A stretch of DNA of 64,000 bases from Trichinella spiralis (taxonomy: Eukaryota), in NCBI RefSeq assembly GCF_000181795.1, contig NW_003526944.1, positions 1,993,797-2,057,796 of the forward strand. The letters are read 5' to 3'. Numbering within the stretch: position 1 is the stretch's first letter; each line of letters opens with the position of its first letter. Position numbers and translations under genes: made by a program. Of this stretch, positions 11,301 through 24,870 are shown piece by piece. The notes beneath the pieces are model-generated. The model made no database searches. It worked only from the letters and a program-made list of their open reading frames with translations, and was not told the origin of the DNA.

Positions 11301-14300
11301 AACCCATACTGGAATAGGTTTTGAAGTAGAATATAATTTCATTTTCTTGACGTGCATTCCAGGCATCTTTTTGCATCAAAATGTACCCATTGCCGGTAAA
11401 GTACATACCTGAAGGAAAATTTTTTCAAAAACCAAAAACCAAAAAATCACAACAACTCACCGCCCGAAGAAACCGTTTCCAGTAGTTCTTTACGCTCGGG
11501 TGCGCCGTATGTGTTGTTGCGGCCGTCCAACACGAAATTCCACAATCCCCTCGGCTCTCCGTTCACTGTCAAAGCTTCAATTTGTCCACTGTATCGGAAA
11601 CTGCCAACAGACGGCGGTAGCTGAAAAAAAGGAGAGAAGAAAAATAAAATTCAAAAACGGATTGGACTTATAATGACGGTAGAGATTGTCGTAAAATAAA
11701 ATTATACTTGAACAGAATCAGGAACGCCTCCGACGAACAGCTTGCTGTCGTTTTGATGCAAATTTAAAATCGACTTGGTCCCTCGGCTGAACACTTCGAC
11801 CGATTCGTCCGGCTCGTGGTCAGTGCTGACACGCAGAGTCAACAATTTGCCGACCCGTTCGACGGTCGCTTTGTGCCATCGACCGTCGGATACGAGTCGT
11901 TCGGTTTGAACAACTGTCGGACCAGAGCCCAAATTGACCGTCGCTCTCAAATAGCCGTCGGCTATTTCCAACGCCAGATAGTCGTCGTCGTCCGACGGCA
12001 ACGAACCTTCCTCGTTCATCTCGGCACTGTGCTGTTCGTTGCCAAGGAAGAACAACAGTCCATCCGGATAGTGGGTTCTGAAGTACAGTTGAACTTGGGT
12101 CTGGGCTTGGATCTCGCCCAGCTGGTCCAAATTGTACAACTGGAGGGTCGAGTTCGGATAGAAGCGAACACCGAGTTTGACTTTGTTCGCCAAATCCCTC
12201 GCCCGAGCCAATTTCTCTTTCAACAATCCAACACCAGCTTCGACGGCATTCATACTGGAGACACTTTTCACGAACGCGTCACGAAGCGACGAAACATTCT
12301 TCAACAGTTCGGGAACCATCAGCCGAATCTGTTCCACGTTCGCCTTGGCCCGTTTCACGTTACTGATCGTAGCCAGTTGGTCGGCCAGCTTTTCGTCGAC
12401 TTGCTTGACGACAGCTTGTTCGTGATCTTTCACCAGGGTCGATTTGAGAAGTTGCTCTTCTTCGTTGACCAGAGTATTCGTGTCCGACGTGAAAACATTA
12501 GCATAGGAAAGTTGACGACGAATTTGGTCGAATTGATCGGTTTCGTTGAACAATTCGACCACTTGCTGTTCAGTGGCATTCAGTTCAGCCCGCATGTTCG
12601 CAATGGTCGCATCGTTATCCGACAACACTTTGCGCATGTGATTTTTCATCTTCGATCGCATTTCCGAAGCTTGTCGTACAATCTGCATCGCCAGTCCAGC
12701 TTGTTCTTTCACTTCCTCTTCCAAACTGTCCATCCGTTCAGGGTCGGTCAACAGTTCGTAACGGTTCGTCGACAGCCAGTCCACTGCTCGGCTGGCATTG
12801 GCCAAAGCGTCCGTAATTTGCTTGTAAGCTCGACTAGCTTGCAAAGCGTCGACCACATTCTGACGACTGTCGGCAAATTGCATTTCCAAATCCCGTACTT
12901 GGCTGTCCAATGTGTCACTGTGCTCGAGCACGGCCTGTTTCATGAGTTGTATTTTTTCAATAGCTTGCCCATTTTTTTCAATTTTAGCCACCAACACTGG
13001 ATTGGATTTGTTCAATTCGAACAAACTGTTCTCCAATTTCATCCGCACGTCGCCCATACCACGGATGATCGATTGGGCATTGTTGATCAGTTCGTAAGCT
13101 TCAGATAGGGTCTGTTCAATTTTGGAAATGTTCGAATTGGGCAAAGTTTCAAAAACTGGCGCGGTGCCAATTTCCAAATAGCTCATTTCGGTTTGTTCCA
13201 TACGAGTTCGACTCTGCTCGAGTTGGTCAAGCAAATGACCAACACGCCGGTTGATGCTATCGAAACTTGTGGCAACGACGGCACTCGCATTGCGCAATTC
13301 TCCCACTGACCGACCAAAATGGTCCACCTCCTCGACGAGACGATTGGAATTTTCCAATTCGACCAGCGCGTACTTTTCTTGGCGAGTCATATCCGCATCC
13401 TTAATGCCGGACAAAAAGTTCTCCACTTCAATTTTCAGCTGTTCCGTCTGCTTTGCCAAACCATTTGCACCGTTCCAATTCGATTCCAACAACGACTGGG
13501 CAAATGTTTCCAACTTTTCTATTTGATCTTGAAAAAAATATATCAAGTCGATGGATGGAATTGAAAAAGAATAATTACATCATATGGAACAGCAATAAAA
13601 TAGAATAAAAGTTCGTCGTTACTTTTCAATTTTGATGAACTCGTTCTGATATCACGATGCACTTTGAAACCGTATTCACCGAAATCTGCAGCCCGACGGC
13701 GGGCTTCTTCAGCATCTGACATGGACCGTTTGATCTGAAAAAATGAACTAAAAAATATGACAAAACACAAGAAAAAAAAATATACAGTGACAATTATGTT
13801 GTTGGCATCTTGGAATTGAAGAGCATTTTTTCCATTCTTCAACTGTGTCAAATTGTCCAAGTTATCCAAATTCGACTAAAAAACAAACAAACACCAAAAA
13901 CTCTACATCATCAATGGACAGACACAACATGGATTCTTCTTTCTCTTACAATCATCTGGTAAAGAGTGCGGTTGAGACGATCCAGCCGTTTGGATGAAAT
14001 TTGCGCAACTGACAAATCGTGAGTACTGTTTTCAATTTTATCCAACTCGTTGCCAAATTGTTCAAAATCGTCCACCAATTCGACAACACATTCGTCGCAT
14101 TCTGGAAAAATAATGATGACAAATTGAAAACAAAAGAAAAAAACAAATATGCAAATCAAACAAAAAACAACATCCTACGCAAACATCCATGATAAGGTAC
14201 AAGCAAGTGACCAGGCAAACATTGATCGCAACGAACTCCTGTAGCCCCTTCCATACACTGACACTGACCAGTGGCCGGATCGCAGATGGTTCCCATGGCC

Positions 14301-17300
14301 AGATCGGATTCACAGTCACATTTACGACAACCGGCCGATGAATAGTTCCAATATCCGTCGGCACATCGTTCGCAGAACAAACCACCGACACCAGGTTGAC
14401 AAACGCACTGGCCAGTTTCCATGTCACACTGAGCGGTCGTGGCCGCTTCGGCACAATTGCACATTTGACAACCTTGGCAATAGTTGAAACCCCAAGCGTT
14501 GTCGGCACAACGGTGACAATTTTCACCGACCACATTCGTCTTGCACTGACACTGGCCAGTGTCGGCATCGCACCATTCACTGCCGCATTGATTGCAAGAA
14601 CATTCTGCAAATGGTCGGTCGACAAATTCATACAGTATACGACATTTTCACCTTCCCCCACCTGTACAATTGCTCGCCTGTACCGCATCACCGTAATACC
14701 ACGGTGCGCACAGTTCGCAGTGGAATCCGTCGGTATTTTTTTCACAATCGAAACAACGACCATTCGTCGAATCACAACTATTTTCCTTTGTCAATTGATT
14801 GTTATTGTTGCAGAAACACCTCTGACAACGCCCATCCGGTCGAGTCGGTTCCCCGAACCAACCAACCGCACATCTAACAAGAAGTATGCAAAATAAGCAT
14901 TATTTGTATTCATCTTGTATTATTTTTTTCGTTGCTCTCACTTGTCACAACGATCACCTGCGTAGCCTTCTGTACAATTACAACTGAGCAGTCGACCTCG
15001 ATCGTTCACTTGGCAACTGTATGCGAAGCTGAAATAAAATGAACAAACCAAAATGTAAATGGATAATGAAAAGTTGGCAAAATTTGAAAAATGTCCACTT
15101 GTTCGCCACTGTCGGCAATGGACAAGGACACAGTTGGCAATCCATTGGAGACCCGAAAGTCGCGTCCCCGTAAAATCCAGCCTGACATTGTTCACAGTGA
15201 TCGCCCGCTGTGTTGTGGTCGCAGTGGAGGCAAAGTCCCGTTTTCGGATCGCAACTATCCGAATGGCCGTGGCATTTGCAAGGCACACAAGAGCCGAGAA
15301 AAGGTCCAGTGTTGACTCGGTAGAAACCTTCGGCACATTCCTGTTTTAGAAAAAATATTTAAAAAAAAATACTTTCCACCAAAATGTGAAAACATACTTC
15401 ACAAGAGGTACCCTTGTAGGGTGGTGGACAACGGCAAATTTCCACATTCAGAGCTGCTCGTTCAGGATTGACGACAGAATTTGAATCTGCACTTGTCATG
15501 GTGAACATTTTCATTCTGAAACAAGGAAAAAAAAACAATTATTCCTACAATAAATTCACCATACATGAACAACTACAATAAGAAGAAGAATACTTGCTCA
15601 ACTTACACTACTCGTTGAAGTCGACTGTAATAAGATGCTTTGACGAGCAAAGCGGTAACGTTCTGCAGGACAGTCATCAGCTGGGCCCTCGTAACTGGCT
15701 CACCATTTTCGTGAATCCATCGTTCCTGAAAAAGCAACAAATAATACAGTGTGCATTGCGTTTGGGTGCAATCAGATTGATTTTTCTGACACATCCACAT
15801 CACATACAGGCAATAGATCAACTTCGACAGAGAAAAATGAATCAAAAGAAGCTGGTTGCTCTTCGCTCCAATATTCCAAAGTGATATTGTTACCCTGAAG
15901 AATAATTAAAATTGTAAACGAAAGAAAAGAAGCAATATAAAGCAGAGAAAAAAAAGGAAAACATTACTTTCAAAATCAAATCCGGAGAAACTGTAATGGA
16001 GGTGGTTTCGGCGATCGGCCACGCGCTGATCGTGTAGAACAATTTACCGCCGAACGAAAGCAATCTGTTGCCCAAATAAGCCCAAGGTGCGACCATGTAA
16101 ACGAGCTTCTGGTCGTCAACGGCCGACTGGTCGAAAAATATTTCCAATTTGTGATCATCGTTTTCGACGAGTTTCGCACTTGGCGCATGAAGTACTTTCC
16201 AACCAGTCATGTGGACAATTTCACCGATTGCAAAATTCCCACTTTGGCATATATCCGTCACTCCGAAACAGAAACACTCTGTGCAGCCTTTCGGATTGCG
16301 CATTTCCAAGTTGAACGTGCCCGGAGAACAAGAAGCACAAGTACTGCCGACCACGTGCTCCTAAATCGAATAATAAATTTAAAAAAAAAGAATGCAAATT
16401 GACCAACAAAAATAAAAATAACACCAAGCTCTAGTAGTGCTCACCTTGCAAGAACAAGCGGCGGTATTTTGGTCGCAAATTTCAGCCGTAGAGCCTGCCA
16501 GATCACAAGCGCACTGATAACAGTGCGGATAGCCGTAATGGCCAGCCAGACAACGGTCACAACGTCGACCGCCAACATTAGCAACGCACAAACACTGACC
16601 AGTGAGCTGATCGCATTGTGTAGCTTGATTCTGTGTGCCCGGTGCACTGCAAGCGCACTCTTGGCAGCCAATCAGAGCGTCGTAACCGTAAGCGTTCGTT
16701 TGACAGCGTTCGCATTTGGGACCTTCCACCAGTGGTGGACAGAAACAATATCCCGTATGTTGGTCACACATCCGATTCGGCCCGCATGCACAGGCTGTGG
16801 AAGAGAACTTCGATCAACCAACGAATACGACCAAACAGAACAATAATATAAAATAATAAATATTTCAAACACTCACGTTTGCAGTTTGGAAAACCAAAAT
16901 ATCCAGGCTTGCACTGGGTGCACTGACGACCGATTACGTTCGGTTTGCAAGTACACTGACCACCGTACCGTTCGCACACGAAACTCGTCGATCCTTCCAA
17001 ATTGCAATCACAACTAATTGCACCGACATTGAAATCCACCGTCAATGAAAAAATCAACTGCTTGCATTGTTCGTCGTCTTCAGCAACTACTGCTGCAGCG
17101 GCAGTACTAGCGGAGGGCTGATTTAAATATTTCGAGCAATTGCCCATGTCAATCCGCGCACGATCCGCCGACACTGGATACAACACATCGTCACTGTAAC
17201 TGGTGATCGGTATCACCAGCAGATAGTCCAAGTAGGTGTTCTGTTGCATTTGTTCAGATTTTGGAAAAAGACTCAACAGAAAACGATCACGAATATCAAA

Positions 17301-20300
17301 TGCAATCGATCGACTGTCACCACTTCCGTAAACTACACTTCGACAACCTGATACACTTGGACAGAATTTCAACTCCAACAGGGCTAAATGAATGAATAAA
17401 AATACATAAATAAAATATTACACTTAAACACCTTGACAATGAAATGCAAGCATGTCAAATATAGAAATAGGTAATAAATAATTTGGTTGCTTTTCAAGTT
17501 TTGTTTTCTTATGAAATGCTAAATCTTATGAACCACAGAAAAATACACACTTATATAGGGATATAGAAAGATGTAGAAAATTTAAATAAAGAAAAAATAA
17601 AAAATATCACACACAGGCCCGCTTTGACTCGCACACACTCACACTACTATCTCAATTTCAGTATTGGAATTTCACTTACCATTAGTTGACTGCTGACCGT
17701 ACGGTCGAGTAGGCAAATAAGCGGTATCTACAAGAAAAATGAATTAATTAATTAAAATAGCAAGGAAATGATATCAAAATTTACCATTATGAACACTACG
17801 GATGTCAGATTCGATGATCATTTTTGAATGAACAGGACTGTAGTAATGCATGACAAACACGTATTTGTCCGGCTTTGGAACAGATCCGGTAAAATGAATG
17901 ATTCCCTGAAAAAATGAACAAACAGACGTACAACCAGTAGTTGGAAGCAACAGTTGGCGAAACAATTTGCTTATACTTCAGCAGAAATGTTCAACGGAAT
18001 GACTTGTATTTCTGGATCATAAATCATAAATGGTAAATCATAACCACTGATTGTCGCATTTCTGTAAACTGATTCCACCTCAGTGCGACTGGCACTTGGA
18101 AGCGAGAGATACGCGAAACCGACACATCTGAACATGACAAGTTACAGACTTGCTCATATGCATATGCAAGCAAATAATTACCTGCCATCCATTTTTATAC
18201 ATTGTGGTTGTGGTTGCAACAATTCTATATCCCAATCTTCTGATGGTATCAGCGTAACACTTTTCTTAAAAAAACAAAGCCCCACTTATAGACAGTGTAT
18301 ATACATTTTTTTTTCTCAACATTTGAACAACTTTACTACCAAAGCTAAATTTGGTTTTCTTCCAGTCTGAATAGTAACTACAAGATTGTCATCGGTTTCA
18401 AACCACAACGGCTGACCATTCGCAGAAACCACTTCACGACAAAATGTACTAACAAAAAAATTGACAATACTTTAAATTATATTGAATATTGAATAAAGAA
18501 AATTCCAACCTGTACGGACAATAGTGAAACACAAGCGATCCTTTTGTTCTAACGAGACCGTTTGACACTTCTACGTCAGCAGGTACAATGTCATCGTCGA
18601 AATTGTAATAATCAATTACAAGTGTGTAATTGGCCATCTTTTCAGGTTTAACTTCAATCGAATAACGCTGAAGCAGTGAAAAATGATATGTAATAAAATA
18701 AAAATAAATAATGATTTGGATTGTGAAATTTAATTTACATTTTCAGAGTTGATCCACAAATGCTGATCTCCGCTGACCGGCAGTTGTACAGGGTAAAATT
18801 CGAGCTTTTCCGGTTGACCATCGACTTTGAAATTGTCCAAATCGACGGACGGTTTCGACAATTTTGGATAAATCAGCATTTCGCAAACGGCCGCGTCAGA
18901 TTCGTTGAACTGCAAGCACGGCTTGGGGAAACTCGTGTGCAAGCTAGTTGCGCCAAAATAAGCTTCCGGCAAAAAAACTACATAATCCTGGTGAAAAAAA
19001 ATATTTGCAAAAATAGATGTTGAAAAGAAATGAAAAGAAGCAGAAAAACAACAACAGATCAAAAAAAGCACTTACCAAAAGAAGACGATGCGCGCTTTTT
19101 ATTTTCAAAAGCCACTGGCCTGGATTGAGCACAAACGGATGCGGTTGGGCTGACGAAGGGACCAACTGGAATGACGGCAGAATGGTCTTAGCAAGTCGCA
19201 TATCGACCGATTGTTCCACGTCACGATCTGCAAAAATGGAATTGAAATTTTACTTGCAAAAAGAAATACACTCATTCGAACATATTATATTCTTGGCATT
19301 GAAGGAAAAAAAACCAAACAAATCAAAATAGCAAAAAAACGTTTTACCACTTACCACGACTGGTATGCGTGTAAATGGGATGCATACTAATGACAGCTGT
19401 AATGTCTTGTTGCGTGGGGTTTTGATAGCGCAACAAAATTCGATAAACGCTCGACTTTGGTATATGAACGGGTATGTGAATTTCGTCCTAAAAGCAGAAA
19501 GAAACAAGAAAACGCACAAACAATTAATTCCACCTTTTCTGGCCTACCTGAATGGGAGAAAATACTGCATAGCCTTTCCAAGAGTAATCGGGAAAAAGGT
19601 GCTCGTCGACGGCGAATCTGGCAGGTTGGTTGTCAACAGTGACGGCATCTTCGGCTTCGTATTTCAAATGTTGCAAAGTAGGATAAAAATGAGCTTCAAT
19701 CGGTTCAGAACACGTTCGACCACCGACGCGTGGTTTGCAGAAACACTGACCAGTGCGCGGATCGCAAATGTTGCTGAAAGAACCGCCACTGTCGCATTGG
19801 CAAGCTGACAAACAAACAAACAAACAAATTGTTCAAATAATATGCAAGAGAACTTCCGAATATCACACAGACAACACTTACGCTTGCATCCCAATGGATT
19901 GGATGGATTCAACGCGTAGAAACCGTCCTTGCAACGGGAACAGTCTCGTCCAAAGACGTTCGATTTGCAATAACACTGACCAGTCAGATGGTCACAGTCG
20001 GTCAGTGACGACAACGTTCCGGCAGGATTGCAACCGCAAGGCTCACAACCATGCACGTTGTGATACTGCAAGTTCCAGTGAAATCGTTCGCATTCGTTGC
20101 AACGACGACCAGTGACGTGACTCTTGCAAATGCAAAGATCACCTTTTGGAACTTTATCACATCCAGAAAAATTCAGCGAAACACCCCTCGGATCACAGTT
20201 GCATTCTGAACATCATCAATAATAAAATCCATATAGCAAACAAAGTATAAATTATTATTATTATCAATTGACAAGCATGCAACAATTCTTGTTTGTTCAC

Positions 20301-23300
20301 CTTCACAAAGAGGATAGTTGAAAAAATTCTGTTTACAGCGATCACATTTTTGTCCAACAAAATTAGCTTTGCAAAAACAGTGTCCATTATCGTCGCAGGT
20401 AGTTCCCAAGCTTCCGAAGCGATTGCATTCACAAGCTGAAATAAGTGGCATGGATGTTGAAGAGAAAATGTCTAAGGTGAAAAAAATTTTCAAAAATAAC
20501 ATACGTTTGCAATGGGGATAATCGAAATGACCAGCACTGCAACGATCACAGTGCAGTCCGCCGAAGTTGGACCGACACTGACATTGGCCCGTTTCAGCGT
20601 GACATGTTTCCGACAATGAACCAATACTGCTGCAGTTGCACGCTATAGAAGAGCAAGAGAACAAAAAAAAATTAATACCAAACCGAATCACCATCTTCTC
20701 GGTTTTCGATTATAGGAAAAAAGTAACAAATACTCACGTTTGCATTCCGGTAAACCATAATAACCGATCATGCACTGACCACACGTTTGTCCAGTAAAGC
20801 CAGGCTTGCACAAGCATCGACCAGTATGCGAATCGCATTTTTCTTCAGTCGTACCAATACTGTGACAATTGCAATAGTCACATTTTGGATAGCCAAAATA
20901 GCCGGCCCGGCAACGGTCACAACGTACACCCTCGTAATTCATCAAACACGAACAATGACCGCTGGTCTGATTGCAAACCTGGTTCCTCGATCCAATTACA
21001 TCACAATCGCACTTTCGACAAGCGGGAAAACCGAAATAGCCTTGTCTGCACTCGTAACACAACAAGCCGCCAAAATTTTCCTTACAATGGCATTGTCCAA
21101 TATGATCTGGCTACAACAGTTCGAAATAATTATTTTCATTCATTGCAAATGAAATTACAAGTCAAGTGCAATATATATATATATATATATATATTCTCAC
21201 CGAGCACAAGGCGTCGCTAGTTCCATTAATGAAGCATTCGCACGGTTTGCATTCCGGAAAGTCATAATGGCCGAAAGAACACGCGTCACAGTTGGGCTCT
21301 TGGAAACGATCCTTGCAAAAGCATTTGCCCGTGTCTGGTGCGCAGTTTCCGTCAAAAAATGGAGAATCACACTGACAAGCTAAAATGCAAAATGATTAAT
21401 TTTCAAATGAAGAAAAAAAAACTACATATACAACAACATACGAATGCAAACATCCATGGCATGCAATGGTCGACCAGGAGGTCGAAAGTAGCCGAATTTA
21501 CATTTGTCACAGTTGATGCCTTCAGTGTTATGCTAATAAATATGAGTAAATATGAGTTGAAAATCAAGTTCGACTAACCAGTCGCCTAATTATTACAACA
21601 TATATATATATATATACTTGACAATGTTTGCACACTCCGCCGCCTTCATATTTTCCGTGAATATCCAAACTTTGCTTTTTCATATCCACCTCTTCATCGT
21701 ACTCGCATTCGTCACTGTGACCGTGGCAATTGCAGGCTAGAAAATTAACAACAAATAATAGTTCAACTTTCAAACAGCTAATATTAAACAGGGATGGATA
21801 ATTTTGGTAATTTTTGTTGCAATTACAATACAATTTGACTATTTGATCGAAAAGCTCAATTGAACAAACAGTCATTATTATTATTATTGACTAATCGCAA
21901 CAAGAACTGTTGATTCACTAACGACGATTGTTGACTTTAGTTTGATATTTAAATTAGAGCCGGTTTAACGAATAAACAATGAAATAAATTAGCAAGCAAA
22001 AGTGACGATCATCATCGACTGAGGCAAATTTGAATATGACTGACAATTTTCAACTGATAGAATTAAAGAAAAAAGCAACAAAGCAAAAAGATTTTTCTTT
22101 AGCTCACGTTCACATGCGAACACTTGACCCTCTCTAACAGGCTGCCATTGCTTCTGTTCAAAGCCTGGGCAACATCGATCACACTGATCGCCGCAGGTAT
22201 TGTGCTCACACCGGCAGAGGAGACGATTCGGTCTCATCGGATCCAAAATATCGCAAGTCTGGGCGTGGCCGTTGCACACACATCGGCCACCCATTTCAAT
22301 CTCTTTGATCGAGTAAAAATACTAAGAAAGAATAAATAAATATGCAAAACTTGTGCATCCATGTGTCGTCCATTAGAAATCGAAACCAAATGCTACCCTT
22401 ACCCTTCTGGTAATTGTAGGATCCTTTTTGTCATTTAAATCCATCAAATGGCCTTGCAAGGTTTTCGTACGAAGCAATCGTATTCGAACATTCGTGGCAC
22501 GGGTGAACAATTGCAATTTGTCGCTGTGACTGAAATTGCCTCGACCAGGACGATTGTTCAAAAGTGTTATAAAAATCTGCATGAAAAAAATAATAATTCA
22601 ATCTTCCATCCTGAAAATTAGAAAAAAAATTCAAACACCAATCTCGACCCTACCTGACCATTTTCCAATGGTACAATTTGCGAATATTCCGTACTGCAGA
22701 TCACGCTGTCGTCGTCCATGATCGGCTGCAACGAGTCGGGACCGAAAAATTCTTCACACTGGGCAGAGGTTTCGGCAAAATACTGCCACGGTTTGAACGT
22801 TTCGCCGTGGTCAGTCGACCGTTCCAATACCCAAAGTCCAGGACGTGGACTGTTGGCCATGTGAAGAGACACGTAAGCGACGTGAAATTCCTGCAACGAG
22901 AGAAAAATAAAAAAAATTTTTGCATATTGTTCAATTTGTAATATTATTTCTACTTTTCAACATGAACTAACCATAATAATTTGGAAGCCTGAAAATCACA
23001 AAAATTTCAAGTTGACCTAATCTGTCTGTACGTACGTATTATAATACCATTTTGGTCCAGAGATTGATAGAGATTACTGACGTTATAAAGTTGTGAAAAA
23101 AAGATTGTGAAATTTATTTTCAAAAAAATAAATTAAGAACAATACATTTATATATATATCTGAGAAAAGTTATAAAAAAAGCAAAAAATAAGGAAAAAAG
23201 ATTACTGTAATTTGTTGAAAAACAATTTCGTTTTAAAAATATGCAAAACGTAATAATAAATGATAAAAGAAAAATGAATAATTGTAAAAAAAAGAAATAA

Positions 23301-24528
23301 AAGTAGCATTATTTTATCTTTTCATTTGTCTAGGAATTTACAAAGCTTGCCCGCCCATTGTTTCTCATTGTGTAAAGAGTTAGGATTAGGTCAACGTCCT
23401 GGGATTGTCAAATTGCGCATGTGTCAAGGGCAACTGAGGAAGTAGCAGTAGCAGTGGTGGTGGTGGTGGTGGTTGTTCTTGAAACATTGGTCGGCATTAA
23501 TTTATTTTCCCTATCATGCATTTTTAGAAGAAGTGGACAATCGAAAGCAGCAACGGTAGTCTGCGGTCAATTAATGCGCCACATAATCCGGCTAGAATGC
23601 GGTCGTTGGTTCGATGAAAGCTTGACAAGTAAACACTTGCTCCGACCGACCGTTTCACCCTTGAAAAGTACAAAACCAACGGGGCCAACGGTTCAATAGC
23701 TCAAGCAATAACACACGGACAGACAACACGACCGCCGACCGTTCATCCCTCCCTCCCCCCTGTTGGAAGCTTCAATATGTGAAGTATCGCCAATGAAGAA
23801 GCTTAGTAGAAGAAAAACAAAAAGAACGAATGGAAGAAAAAACACCATAAGAAAGTAACATCGGTCGGTGGGCAATTTTTCTCGAACACAACAACAATCA
23901 ATCAGAACAAGCTATCTATCACCAGTGACGCGAAATGAAGCAGAAAATAATAGAATAAAACAAACGCTAAAATATTCATTCATCATTTACCTGCTCCAAA
24001 TCAATAGTGATGTTCACTTGATTGTACTGCATGCCACGACTCAACGGTGGGCTTTGCCACCATCGTGGCGTACCGTCGACCATATTTTCGGCCGGATAAC
24101 TGTAGTCGACGCTGGAAGCGTCGCAATATTCGCAGTTTTGACCGCCCTGCAATGCAAATGCTCACACAAAATTAGCAAAACTTGGAAAACAATACTTGAA
24201 CAAATGGCTTCTTCTGATCTTGGGATGATGACTGCGACGAACCGACGACACGAAGTTCGGCCAAATCTTCCTCATAATTGTAGCCGAAAAAGCCTTCGTA
24301 GGGAGAATAACGAGTAGCGCCGGCCAGAGAGCAGTAAAGTTCACGGATCGGTTGACCGTCTTGTACACCACAAGTAGCCGTAGCGGTGATCTTTCTAGCT
24401 TCGGCCAAATTGAAATAAGGCGGATTGAGAACTTGACCATCGGCTCCGAGGTTGAAATTTACCACCACCACCACAACGGCCAACAACAACGAAACAAACA
24501 ATTGTCGTCGACACCGGCCAACCGTCAT
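8317..24528 (-). CDS. epi-1: Laminin subunit alpha (EPI-1 / LAMA3-LAMA5 type), multi-exon, apparently complete
   Basis: Signal peptide then [11 protein letters not shown]...[10 protein letters not shown] domain ([28 protein letters not shown]); 11 LE repeats; long globular domain; LE repeats; L4 domain ([18 protein letters not shown]); LE repeats; ~550-aa coiled coil (largely the big exon ~11705-13530); five LG domains ending ...[11 protein letters not shown] (TGA 8317-8319). Confidence 0.93.
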
Positions 24529-24689
24529 CTCTCAATTTAGCTTTCTTGTCCAAAAGCAACTTTAACAAAATAATGTTTTCTGTCTTACGGTAGAAAAATC
24601 ATCCGAGACGAAAAGAAAGAACAAGCAAAACTGGTGAAGGAACATAAGCCGCCACAAGCTATCCGGCTATTCGGAGAGAATGAACGAGC

Positions 24690-24870
24690 AGAGAATTGAA
24701 GCGCCAAGTGCGCGCGCGCTTTAGCATCCGGTCTCCCGCCTTTAGTATTTGATGGATTGGCTCTTTTGACATGCTAGGCCGGCCACATGACCGTCGGCGC
24801 GTCTGATTGGTCGCCGCCTCGAGAGAAGCGGCGCCTCAAGCGTGCCGAGGGTCCGCCGTTGGATTTGCTA
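24690..24870 (-). promoter_or_regulatory. CpG/GC-rich promoter-like island upstream of laminin alpha with two CCAAT boxes
   Basis: GC-rich patch in an AT-rich background; minus-strand AGCCAATCC (core 24756-24760) and GACCAATCAG (core 24806-24810) fit the NF-Y consensus; TCTCCCGCC E2F-like site. Confidence 0.45.

Noticed and set aside
11816..13108. 430-aa plus-strand ORF
   Set aside because: Antisense shadow of the large laminin coiled-coil/LG1 exon; no recognisable motifs
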